This document shows positions 41,585 to 50,783 of a stretch of DNA of 64,000 bases, piece after piece. The stretch's first letter is position 1. The number at the start of each line of letters is the position of its first letter. This stretch comes from a virus, in IMG/VR virus record IMGVR_UViG_3300035670_013168, positions 4,147-68,146 of that record. One strand, 5' to 3'. A program made the position numbers and the translations under genes. The notes below the pieces were generated by a model. That model searched no databases, was not told the DNA's origin, and saw only the letters and a list, made by a program, of their open reading frames with translations.

Positions 41585-42573
41585 TCCACACCTCTCACAT
41601 TGGGATATTGTAGCATGAACCAGTCGGATGTTTCCCTTATTGCAATATCGAAAGGTGTGTAGTCCTCTTCCTGCCAGGAGGTGAGATCGAAGAGGCGCCG
41701 ATTGGATGACGGTTTCCGGTGCTGTCCCATCGGCTTGGTGGTGTCATAGGATATCTGTCCCTCATACCCCAGAGCGTCACGCAGGGTCTCTGCGACCTCG
41801 CGGATGGATCTCTCCTCGGTGCAGCCGATGTTGAGGGGCAGGTCATCGTCATACTCATCCGCGACAACCTTGAGGATGCGCGCGGCGTCTGGGGCATAGG
41901 TGAATTCCCTCAGGGGGGAGCCATCGCCCCACACCGTCACGCTGGGGGCACCTGAGAGCTTGGCCTCCCAGATGCGCCTCATTAGGGCCGGAATAACATG
42001 CCCGTCCTCAAGGTGGAAGTTGTCGCCCGGGCCAAAGAGATTGTTTGGAATGACTGTGATGTACGGGAGGCCTAATTGGGCGCGAATGGCACGGGTGTGC
42101 ACGTCCAACATCCTCTTGGCATAGGCATACCCAAAATTGCTCGGATGCGGAGGGCCCAGGTGGAGCTGGTCCTCCGTCAGCGGCAGGGTCACGTAGGGAG
42201 TGTCGGGATAGACACAGGTCGAGAGGACTGATACTACCTTGGGCACCCGACTCCGGGAGCAGGCATCTAGCAGGTTCAGCCCCATCTGGGCGTTCTGGTG
42301 GAAGAAGGTTGCCAGGCGCTCGCTGTTCGCCTTGACCCCGCCAACGTAGGCCGCCAGGTGATAGACGGTGTCGAGCCCACTCGACCACGTGGGATTGGCA
42401 TCAGGATTGCGGATATCGAATTGCTCAACATACTCCCTGACCGATGTCTCATCGGAAATATTGAGCTCGCGGCGGGATGGGGCCAGGACTTTGGAGCCGG
42501 TGCTCTCGAGATAGGAGCGCAGTGAGCTGCCCAGCATTCCTCCTGCACCGGTAATTGTGATGAGGTCAGTCAT
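41581..42573 (-). CDS. fcl: GDP-L-fucose synthase
   Basis: [55 protein letters not shown]. Confidence 0.95.
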   Translation of the reverse strand: MTDLITITGAGGMLGSSLRSYLESTGSKVLAPSRRELNISDETSVREYVEQFDIRNPDANPTWSSGLDTVYHLAAYVGGVKANSERLATFFHQNAQMGLNLLDACSRSRVPKVVSVLSTCVYPDTPYVTLPLTEDQLHLGPPHPSNFGYAYAKRMLDVHTRAIRAQLGLPYITVIPNNLFGPGDNFHLEDGHVIPALMRRIWEAKLSGAPSVTVWGDGSPLREFTYAPDAARILKVVADEYDDDLPLNIGCTEERSIREVAETLRDALGYEGQISYDTTKPMGQHRKPSSNRRLFDLTSWQEEDYTPFDIAIRETSDWFMLQYPNVRGVE

Positions 42574-42584
42574 AAAGTCATGCC

Positions 42585-42613
42585 ATTATAGTTGGGGTGT
42601 ACACCCATGACAC
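42585..42613 (-). promoter_or_regulatory. Putative sigma70-like promoter for fcl-gmd-ugd
   Basis: GTGTCA-N17-TATAAT; spacer contains the palindrome GGGTGTACACCC. Confidence 0.45.
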
Positions 42614-42655
42614 TATCCTGGTTAGGCAATCACTAGCTCTGCGGCTGCTGTGTCT

Positions 42656-43351
42656 TTACTTGCTAGAAATTGAACTTGCAAAGTCCTCAGAGAGAAAGAA
42701 AAAGTTTGTATGTTCGTATGTGTCATACTGATACTGAAGAGAAGATAGGATAATGCCTGACGGGGTCATAACCGGTTGAAGTGGAACTAACCCTAGAGAA
42801 CTTAGCTTTTCTATCATCGTCAATAATGAAATATTTCTTTCTCTCCAACATCCCCCATATTCGAACTGACCCCCTACTATCCTCTTAGAAAGGTTAGAAT
42901 CGATGGTGTCAATGGCGTCTAGCTCATATCCTTCAACGTCCATCTTTAGATACCAAAGTTTCTTATCATACTTCTGGTTTTTGACCAGGATATCTTTCAA
43001 CGTATTCTTCACAACCGGTGTTTCTAGAATTTGCTTTGACTTAAGCTCATTCGTGAAAGCAGGACGATTATTCAGAGATGTCTTAGAGTATTGTCCGTCC
43101 GGCGTATATACCTTGCCTACCCCCGTGTCTTTGCAAACAGCAAAGTTGTATATCTCAAAATGAGGAAATGCAATAGATAAACTTTCACACAAGGTTGGGA
43201 TGGCCTCAATTAGAATTGCACTGTCTATCAGGTCAGAAACACTAGAGGTGAACTTACCTTCGTTTGCTCCGCAGTCTATCAATGAGACTTTATCACCATA
43301 TCTGTCGGACATTTTTTTGAGGATGCCCCTAGCAATTGCAGTTTCTAACAT
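42656..43351 (-). CDS. FkbM-family methyltransferase
   Basis: IDCGANEG, LKMDVEGYE, QFEYG. Confidence 0.88.
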   Translation of the reverse strand: MLETAIARGILKKMSDRYGDKVSLIDCGANEGKFTSSVSDLIDSAILIEAIPTLCESLSIAFPHFEIYNFAVCKDTGVGKVYTPDGQYSKTSLNNRPAFTNELKSKQILETPVVKNTLKDILVKNQKYDKKLWYLKMDVEGYELDAIDTIDSNLSKRIVGGQFEYGGCWRERNISLLTMIEKLSSLGLVPLQPVMTPSGIILSSLQYQYDTYEHTNFFFLSEDFASSISSK

Positions 43352-43367
43352 TACACACCTATATAAT

Positions 43368-44069
43368 TCAACGTTTTATGAAAAAAGCCCCAGTATAATC
43401 AACCATGGTAATGTCAAACTTAAGATTTCTAGACTCCTCAAATTCATGAATGGCTTTTTTGAACCCCATCCAGTGTCCATAATCATCTAAAAAAATATAT
43501 CCACCTGGTGCAACAAGATCATAAAGGTTTTCTATCACATGCTTTGTAGGGTAATAAAAGTCGACATCTATTCTCAGCATTGATATTGTTGCCGGTCTTG
43601 TTTTTTCATCTAGTATGCTAATAGTATCCTCAACCTTGCCATTTATGATGCGCAGTTTTTCTTCAAGAACGCCAGTCTGTAGCATCTTTTCCTTTACCCA
43701 CTCATCTGATACAAGATACTCTAAATTCTTTTTCAATGATTGATTGTCCCACAAGTCGACTGCTTTTACACCTGTATACGACACGTCATATTCTTCGTGT
43801 GGTCTATCCCAACCGGCAACCTGGTCATTTGTTCCCGCATATGTGTCATATAACCAAAAATTTCTATTTGAGCAATCATTCTCCATGGACATATATGAAG
43901 ATATCGCTATGAAAGAAGACTTACCAGATGCTACACCACATTCGACATAATCCCCGGGTATACCTTTTCCTACAATGTCTTTGATGCAATTATAAAGCCC
44001 TAGGCCTCTTTGTTGATGATGACCGCTACCATAGACTCGAGACATTTTATTGAATATTATACTATACAT
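43368..44069 (-). CDS. TylF/MycF-family sugar O-methyltransferase
   Basis: IPGDYVECGVASG, LYDTYAG, GKVEDT, LRIDVDFY, LDDYGHW. Confidence 0.92.
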   Translation of the reverse strand: MYSIIFNKMSRVYGSGHHQQRGLGLYNCIKDIVGKGIPGDYVECGVASGKSSFIAISSYMSMENDCSNRNFWLYDTYAGTNDQVAGWDRPHEEYDVSYTGVKAVDLWDNQSLKKNLEYLVSDEWVKEKMLQTGVLEEKLRIINGKVEDTISILDEKTRPATISMLRIDVDFYYPTKHVIENLYDLVAPGGYIFLDDYGHWMGFKKAIHEFEESRNLKFDITMVDYTGAFFIKR

Positions 44070-44095
44070 TTATTTTCTCCAAAACTATACGTCTG

Positions 44096-44674
44096 TCATG
44101 TCTTTGAGGACATAATAAAAAGCACTAAAGAGTTCTCAATATCTTGCAAGACAACATTAATACCACAGCCATTTTTTCTTGCTAACTCATAAAAATCATG
44201 TGTGAATACATGTAAAGCTGATGTCCGATAATCAGGACAAACATCAATGACTATCAATCGATCAGTTACTCTAAGCACTTCTCTTATGACACCTTCTATG
44301 TCTTTATGAGGTACATGCAACAAAACCAAAGATAGCACAATAGCATCAAAAGAGTTATCACCATAAGGTAGATTAGACAAATGTTCAATTAACTTAAAAG
44401 AATAGCTTACATTATTTCTTTTACATGATTCATAAAGTCTGGATCTAAATCCTTCATGGATATCCATGAAGGTTACATCTTTGCCTGCATAAGATTCAAC
44501 TAATCTTCCAGTACCAGGTCCTAAATCGCATATTTTCTGACAATCTGAAATGTTATCCTTTATAAAATTCACATGCAAATTTTTCATCTTTTCATCTTTA
44601 GTCGACTCTTCACTATTGGGTTCTAGTCGTTGTGACCAGTAGTTCCTGGGCTCGTATACATTGCTCTTAGACAT
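44096..44674 (-). CDS. Class I SAM-dependent methyltransferase
   Basis: ICDLGPGTGR, LPYGDNSFDAI, VLLHVP, EVLRV. Confidence 0.88.
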   Translation of the reverse strand: MSKSNVYEPRNYWSQRLEPNSEESTKDEKMKNLHVNFIKDNISDCQKICDLGPGTGRLVESYAGKDVTFMDIHEGFRSRLYESCKRNNVSYSFKLIEHLSNLPYGDNSFDAIVLSLVLLHVPHKDIEGVIREVLRVTDRLIVIDVCPDYRTSALHVFTHDFYELARKNGCGINVVLQDIENSLVLFIMSSKT

Positions 44675-44698
44675 TATGTTGTCCTTATATCCCGCATG

Positions 44699-45448
44699 CT
44701 ATAGTATGTCGAACCTAAAATGTGTCGCAGGTGGTCTCTGATATCCTAAACTTTCTAGAAACTTGCACATATGAAATCTCTTGTCCAGGTGCCCGGGATC
44801 CATGGTGCTAATTCCATTATTGGAAATACGCCTCCAGGTCTTGACCTTGTCATCATGATGCACATAAAACCTAGGGGCTGACGAATGTCGAAAGTGCATA
44901 TAGTTGAAGTATATGTCTTCGGCGTTCATTTGTTTGTCGACTAGGCTTTTTGCGTTAGTATTTTCATTGTATAAATCCAAGTATTTTCTATGAAACATTG
45001 CATATCCAGTTAAAAGAAAGTTGTATGGAATATTGCTCTTGTAGTGAGCTGCGTCTCCAGTATACAGCCTTTTACTTGGATCGATCAGCCTAGGAACACA
45101 ACCGACCAGAGAATCCGTTGAGCTTGACCAGAACTTATACATCTCGACTATTGACTCTTTGGTGCAGGTATAATCATCATCTATAGAAACTATGCAATCA
45201 GTCTTTATCTCCTCAAAGTTCATGAATCGATTGTTTAGAGAATTAACCTTGGGACATACCAACACTATCTTTTTATTGCCAATAGATTCGATATGCTTTA
45301 AAAGCTCACTTGAAGGCTCTCTATCGACATTCTGCCATACGATTATGAGTCTGTCTATTGTATCATTGTTAGCAATCCTAAGTGTTGGATGCTCGCTATC
45401 CAATAGGAAAACATCTCTATTGTAAGATGGCATTATGATCGTGATCAT
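44699..45448 (-). CDS. GT64 glycosyltransferase (exostosin C-terminal/EXTL2-like)
   Basis: SYNR, IIVWQN, NSLNNRF, IKTDCIVSIDDD, LVGCVPR, YNFLLTGYAMFHRKYL, MNAEDIYFNY, HLDKRFHMC follow the EXTL2 motif order. Confidence 0.85.
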   Translation of the reverse strand: MITIIMPSYNRDVFLLDSEHPTLRIANNDTIDRLIIVWQNVDREPSSELLKHIESIGNKKIVLVCPKVNSLNNRFMNFEEIKTDCIVSIDDDYTCTKESIVEMYKFWSSSTDSLVGCVPRLIDPSKRLYTGDAAHYKSNIPYNFLLTGYAMFHRKYLDLYNENTNAKSLVDKQMNAEDIYFNYMHFRHSSAPRFYVHHDDKVKTWRRISNNGISTMDPGHLDKRFHMCKFLESLGYQRPPATHFRFDIL

Positions 45449-46101
45449 CGCATATTTTCTTCCAACATACTGTAGGGAACAATGCGTTCAATCCAGCCCC
45501 CATTACCATCCTCTCTATAGACATTATACAGATAAAATGGAAATTTGACTAAGTTATGATCATCGCTTAAATCATGGTTGCAATCATAAGTCATTTCAAA
45601 AAGATTCTTTTTGTTATCAGGTATACTTGCTCTATCTTTTTTCTGAGGGTCAAAAACATATAACTTTTGTATTAATGACATATCACTGCAAATGTTTTTC
45701 ACTATTTCATGAACTTGCCTGTGATGCATATGTCCATACTCCCCAATGCGACCATGTGTTACTATCATTTCCCATCGTTGAGAAGAAATAATACGAGATA
45801 TATCTGGTTCAATATTTTCTTGGATTCTATTTTTCTTTCCACTGTCGATACAGTTTAGCATTAAAGAATCACAACCTAAGACACTGGGGAGCCTCTCTAG
45901 AAAAGCATTTCTTCTTCTGTCTCCAACAAAACTAGGCTGTGGCGTTGTTACTGAGACTATCAACCACTTTTTATCTCTATTTTGTAAAAGAAATGATCCT
46001 GCAAAAACTATTTCATCATCTGGATGCGCAACAAACATGACACAGCTGCTAGCAATATCATTTGTTGAACCAAAGGACCAAGACTCTTTAATAAAAAGCA
46101 T
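45445..46101 (-). CDS. PIG-L/LmbE-family N-acetylhexosamine de-N-acetylase
   Basis: VAHPDDE and THGRIGEYGHMHH metal motifs. Confidence 0.85.
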   Translation of the reverse strand: MLFIKESWSFGSTNDIASSCVMFVAHPDDEIVFAGSFLLQNRDKKWLIVSVTTPQPSFVGDRRRNAFLERLPSVLGCDSLMLNCIDSGKKNRIQENIEPDISRIISSQRWEMIVTHGRIGEYGHMHHRQVHEIVKNICSDMSLIQKLYVFDPQKKDRASIPDNKKNLFEMTYDCNHDLSDDHNLVKFPFYLYNVYREDGNGGWIERIVPYSMLEENMR

Positions 46102-46650
46102 TTATAGCTTTCTATACCCAACTATGGACTCATAGTCGATAGATTTTTGTATATTGTCAAATCGACAAATAATCTTATTTGCTTTTGAAAAGGCTGAACT
46201 CTTTTTGTAGAAAAAAATAAGCCCATCTCTATTTAGAAGACTAATAAAAAGATTTAGAGCACTAGCGTCGTTCAATATGTGATATGGCATGCCCTCAACA
46301 TAGTATTCGCACAAATGAAATAAATTAACAATATCAAAATGAGGTAAAAAGTTTTCACTTAAAGTATAGAAATCGGCAAACATTACTTTGTAGTTTTTTG
46401 CTAAATTAGGATCTTGTCTCAACAGATCAATATAGGCATTATGCTCTTCATGCTGTAATGTTATTCCCAGTATATTGTTTGGAATAGGCAGTGTTTTATT
46501 CTTCAATCCAATGTAGTGATGGCCGCCGGTACCATAGTGAAATATATTTTTACCATAAAAATTTTTCTCCATATACTCGGCAAAGTGTAAATCACACGGA
46601 CATTCATGCGGTTGAAAGCTATAGAACTTTCTATACTCGTTTAGCTTCAT
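46102..46650 (-). CDS. Hypothetical protein, possibly divergent SAM methyltransferase fold
   Basis: NIFHYGTGG and FDIVNLFH weakly resemble class I MTase motifs. Confidence 0.5.
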   Translation of the reverse strand: MKLNEYRKFYSFQPHECPCDLHFAEYMEKNFYGKNIFHYGTGGHHYIGLKNKTLPIPNNILGITLQHEEHNAYIDLLRQDPNLAKNYKVMFADFYTLSENFLPHFDIVNLFHLCEYYVEGMPYHILNDASALNLFISLLNRDGLIFFYKKSSAFSKANKIICRFDNIQKSIDYESIVGYRKL

Positions 46651-47414
46651 AGGCTCATTCCCTCATATCCATATCGTGACATTCCTTCTACAAGATTTAT
46701 TTCTGGTTTATTACTTAAGCCCCATGCTCCCATATTGTGGGTGATTGGATATACGACTCTATTGGCATTTGAAAAAAAGGAGGCCCACCAACTATAGGAA
46801 CTCTGGGATATAATCATGTTTCGAAACTTTGAGAAGTAATACCAGTCCAAGATATAATTGTCTGTACAGACTATAGTTGGTCTTAAATGAGAAAAGTAGC
46901 TTATGAATGGGTCGTTAGGAGAATCTGTGAATATCCATATTCGTTCATGATTAAAAGAGTTGATCATTTTCATGTAATGATCAGTTGTTATTGTGTATCC
47001 ATGAGAGTGATAATCACCCAATCGAATATGCACTCCTAGGTCGGACTCATCTGGCATATCGATATATCTAGAACTTACCATATGGTCGAATAGCAGCTTA
47101 ATCTCCTCAGAAACGCCAATCCATTCCTGGGTTAATTTTTCTCTATATGGAAGATAGTATGAAGATCTCTGAAAGTACCCCTCAAGGTGTATTGGCCCAT
47201 TATGTTTTAGGGCTGACTCAATATCAATAATGTGTCTCTTTAGCGTTAATACACTATTTCCTTGTGGGTTTCTTCCTGTGATATTCTCCTGTATATCAAA
47301 ACCGTATATGGGAGGACACGACATACTCATGCCCGTTTCTTCTGATAAAATTCTGGCCATCGCATATTGGAAAAGCTGATTGCCAGTTCTTCCCAGGTAT
47401 TTTACGGTTATCAT
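46647..47414 (-). CDS. GT11 alpha-1,2-fucosyltransferase-like
   Basis: GRTGNQLFQYA, LEGYFQ, GVHIRLGDY, IFTD, SSYSWWAS; likely start MITVK with ATGA overlap (ORF track extends to 47435). Confidence 0.9.
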   Translation of the reverse strand: MITVKYLGRTGNQLFQYAMARILSEETGMSMSCPPIYGFDIQENITGRNPQGNSVLTLKRHIIDIESALKHNGPIHLEGYFQRSSYYLPYREKLTQEWIGVSEEIKLLFDHMVSSRYIDMPDESDLGVHIRLGDYHSHGYTITTDHYMKMINSFNHERIWIFTDSPNDPFISYFSHLRPTIVCTDNYILDWYYFSKFRNMIISQSSYSWWASFFSNANRVVYPITHNMGAWGLSNKPEINLVEGMSRYGYEGMSL

Positions 47415-48250
47415 GGCATACCACCTAGATGACAAAGGATGTTTTCATGAAAGTTATCAGGCATCAAAAACCCCTGATAGAAAGTAAAGATCTTTTCTTG
47501 CGCTTCTTTTATCCACTTTTCATCTAGATTCAAAAAGTCTGATGCATGCGAAGCATGCTTTTCATCAACTAGAATATAACTGTCTTTTGGAAGTGTACTG
47601 GGGACTTTGAATCCATCTGAAATAATGACCGGTATGCAGCCAGAAGATATCGACTCCCACAATCTTATTGTGCCATATCCAGTGCCGCGTGGGCATATTG
47701 AATAGATCGACCTAGACAATAAATCTTTGTAGTCGTTTTCATTCGACGCGCTCGGGGACTCAAAGTGCCATTTGCCAGTGTCTATAGAAAGAACCCTAGG
47801 ATCACGAGATATCTCTTTTCTAGTTTTGTGTGTCTCATAACTTCCCATAAAGCTGGCCAGTATGTCTCTTCCAAACGCTTGATTGACATTTTTGGTCTCA
47901 CAATTAATCGGCCAGTGAGGTATAGATACGTGGTTAACATGACTCGAAGCATGACAAGAAAAAACGGAGCATTCATACCATTGCAACATATCACAGTTAA
48001 TATGCTGGGATATCATGATACATCTCGAATATTCTTCGCCTAGATGCCTTCTAATGCCATCGATAATTTGCTGAGTTGATCCTACACCATATTTTTTAAT
48101 AACTCTGACCCAGCTAACATCTATTAGAGTTCTGTCTATTGAAGAGTATGAATCAATATTTTTTTTTATGAGATTGTGATAGTTTTCCTCAGTCGGAACA
48201 CTGCAAGAAACACCCGACACATCTAGATTTTCTATGGCAAGTATTTTCAA
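47411..48250 (-). CDS. GT47 exostosin-family glycosyltransferase
   Basis: RDILASFMGS, Y..LLSRSIYSICPRG.G..TIRLWESISSGCIPVIISD...P. Confidence 0.85.
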   Translation of the reverse strand: MKILAIENLDVSGVSCSVPTEENYHNLIKKNIDSYSSIDRTLIDVSWVRVIKKYGVGSTQQIIDGIRRHLGEEYSRCIMISQHINCDMLQWYECSVFSCHASSHVNHVSIPHWPINCETKNVNQAFGRDILASFMGSYETHKTRKEISRDPRVLSIDTGKWHFESPSASNENDYKDLLSRSIYSICPRGTGYGTIRLWESISSGCIPVIISDGFKVPSTLPKDSYILVDEKHASHASDFLNLDEKWIKEAQEKIFTFYQGFLMPDNFHENILCHLGGMP

Positions 48251-49023
48251 TGTTTTGCCCCTACTTCTTTTTCATAAGTTTCTTTATATTTTGTGTATAT
48301 TGGACAATTGATATTCCATGGCTTGGCATTATTCCAATAGTGATTTAGATACACCGGGTGTTCAACAGGCAGCCCTTTGCAATATGCGCTTTCCCCATCA
48401 AAGACCGTATATCGGGCCCAACTATTCCATTCATAGCCCACGTCTTGATGTGTATAATCATAATTGGCTTCTTTAAAAAAGCTATTGATGAGAGACTGAT
48501 CAGTTCCTGGATGGACAAATCTTCTATCTCGAAAAAGAATTGCCATAAAGTCATTCCAGGAAAAAAGCTTTTGATCAGAGACCAACATTACCCCGGAGTT
48601 TAAGACTGGCTCTGTCAGGTGATCAGTTTGACCAGGGATCACCTGGTGATTGACGGCTATGAATGGCTTTTGCTTTGACGCATTGATCAAAGCCTTAGTA
48701 TCGTGGATTACAAAGGCATCGGCATCGATGAAAATAAATGGCTCATCAATCAAACAAAGGTTGTACAGTTTAAACAATACATTGTGACTGGCCTTCTTTT
48801 CATCAGGGTGTCCTGAAAAAGATATATCTGTATTGCGATGCCGAATTTCATTTCGAATATTCAAGCTAGAACACTTCGTCTCTAGATATTGAGGCAAAGG
48901 TTTTTCACTAAGAACTAGAATATCATTATCTGGAAAATATTTTCTAACCTGATGCATCCAGGCTGAGCACATGATATTGTAGTTTTCATTATCCGGATAA
49001 TTGAAGACAGACGTAATCAACAT
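48247..49023 (-). CDS. GT8-like glycosyltransferase
   Basis: KLY, FIFIDAD (DxD), LNSGVML, DQSLIN, WN, HYWNNAKPW. Confidence 0.82.
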   Translation of the reverse strand: MLITSVFNYPDNENYNIMCSAWMHQVRKYFPDNDILVLSEKPLPQYLETKCSSLNIRNEIRHRNTDISFSGHPDEKKASHNVLFKLYNLCLIDEPFIFIDADAFVIHDTKALINASKQKPFIAVNHQVIPGQTDHLTEPVLNSGVMLVSDQKLFSWNDFMAILFRDRRFVHPGTDQSLINSFFKEANYDYTHQDVGYEWNSWARYTVFDGESAYCKGLPVEHPVYLNHYWNNAKPWNINCPIYTKYKETYEKEVGAKH

Positions 49024-49913
49024 GATATTTTCTCATCGATAGAAATTTTTCCGGTTTCCTTCTCTACTTTTAGATCGATCAAGAAGTCATCTTGCAAAAA
49101 ACAGTTACTGTTGATATTTTCATCTCCAATATTTTCGAATGAAACAACTCTGTTTTTTGAATCTTCGATATTGAAGCCATCCCTAGATCTTCTATAGTAG
49201 ATCAGGTGATTTCCATATGGCAGGTCCATATCCTGACCCTTTTTTTCAGTCTGATTTTTTGGTAACCACGGATACATACAGGCTCCCCATGGATTGATAG
49301 GGTCCGGCCCAAACCTGATTTCTCCAGAAGTCTTTATGCAACAAAAGGTCCAGTCTCCAGCATTTTCGTATAGTTTTCTTCTTTTCATCCCAGGATTTTG
49401 AAGACCAACTCGAACATACTTTCTATTGACTACATTTACAAGGTTAAAATACTCACAGTCAGTGTCTGGTTCTTCCCACGCAGATATTCTGTCCAATATC
49501 CTGTCCTTGATACCGTCATATAGCATGACATCATCTTCTAGTGAGAAGTAGATCGATTCAGGGTATAGATTTCTACAAACTTCCAAGCTTTTGATTTGAG
49601 CTTTTGAGTGTGTCTTTGAGACGGGGTGCGTGTCTATTGTGTTTCCGTGGTCTCTTTTTAGCTTCAAGCTTGGGATAGGATCCCATTCACTGACATCAAT
49701 ATACGATATTTTTACACTTTCTTGACTTTGGCGCCTGTATCTCTCTACTTCCTTCGATGTCTCATCAGTAGATCCGTCGTCGGTTACAATAATGTGATCG
49801 AATATTTTTGCAGCGTGTCTTAGACATGAGTAAATTGTTGGCCCAGAGTTGTATGTCTTAATGCAACAAACCCAAGGAACGGTTCTACAATATTGTTTCC
49901 ACAAAATGCTCAT
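49017..49913 (-). CDS. GT2-like (GT-A) glycosyltransferase
   Basis: KTYNS, IIVTDDGSTDET, FSLEDD. Confidence 0.78.
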   Translation of the reverse strand: MSILWKQYCRTVPWVCCIKTYNSGPTIYSCLRHAAKIFDHIIVTDDGSTDETSKEVERYRRQSQESVKISYIDVSEWDPIPSLKLKRDHGNTIDTHPVSKTHSKAQIKSLEVCRNLYPESIYFSLEDDVMLYDGIKDRILDRISAWEEPDTDCEYFNLVNVVNRKYVRVGLQNPGMKRRKLYENAGDWTFCCIKTSGEIRFGPDPINPWGACMYPWLPKNQTEKKGQDMDLPYGNHLIYYRRSRDGFNIEDSKNRVVSFENIGDENINSNCFLQDDFLIDLKVEKETGKISIDEKISC

Positions 49914-50783
49914 TTAGATATCTACTCCAATTGATCTCATTCTGGCGCTTAAGCAGTTTTCCTCAAATAGTGATGCACTATCATCCACAACAACACTTCT
50001 CACAGAGCCTATTTTTCTCTTTAGTTCGCTGGGGCTTTTGAAAAATATCACCGCTGATTTATCTCTCAACATCTCCTCGTGCCTCCTGTAGGAACCAACT
50101 GTGTGCTGTAGCAATAGCCGACCAGAATACATGACCTCGTAGGCCCTTGTATTGAGGGCCCGGAGGACACCGATGGGATTAATCACGGTTCGATATGACA
50201 TTAGGTTTAGTATGTAATCATCCCAACCTAACGACCTTGAGGTGTTGGTGATGACAATACGGTCCTTCAAATCCGGATCCTGCAGTATCGATGACAGGAG
50301 CTCATTGCGCATCTGATACTCGGGCTTTCCTGCCTGGCCACTGAAGAGAAGTTTATCCGTCTCAGGAAGAGGGGTTCTCTCATTGTAGAACCGGCACGAG
50401 GCCCACTGGGGAAGCCAATCGAAGCCATACTTGTCACAGTCGTCCTCGTCACAGGCCAGCACCCTCTTGCAGAACTTGGACGCCCTCAACAGTGATAGGT
50501 GGCTCTTGTATTGCCAGGCTGGGACAATGGCATCGATCCTCTCGAAGCACCAGACCCAGTGCTCCCATTTTTCCTTGCGCGCGATCCAACGTGTAAGCTT
50601 CTCATCCGTGTCCCAGAGAAAGAAGAGGAAATCATGCCCGATGAAGAGCAGGTCATCCTCGACTTCAAAGACGTGCTCATAGTCCTGCTCGGAAACGACC
50701 ACTACATCCTGTATTCCATAGTCGAGAATCGAGGATGAGGTGCCGCAGCCATAGTCCTGTGTGACCAGCTTCACTCTTCCCAC
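49914..50783 (-). CDS. Putative GT-B glycosyltransferase (CgeB-like C-terminus)
   Basis: LLFSGQ...Y..R, DYILNL, INP...NTRAYEVMYSGRLLL; glycan-locus context. Confidence 0.62.
   Translation of the reverse strand: MGRVKLVTQDYGCGTSSSILDYGIQDVVVVSEQDYEHVFEVEDDLLFIGHDFLFFLWDTDEKLTRWIARKEKWEHWVWCFERIDAIVPAWQYKSHLSLLRASKFCKRVLACDEDDCDKYGFDWLPQWASCRFYNERTPLPETDKLLFSGQAGKPEYQMRNELLSSILQDPDLKDRIVITNTSRSLGWDDYILNLMSYRTVINPIGVLRALNTRAYEVMYSGRLLLQHTVGSYRRHEEMLRDKSAVIFFKSPSELKRKIGSVRSVVVDDSASLFEENCLSARMRSIGVDI

Noticed and set aside
44699-48250. Eukaryotic or NCLDV origin of the whole window
   Set aside because: Shine-Dalgarno sites, tmRNA, sigma factors and contractile baseplate genes indicate a bacteriophage.
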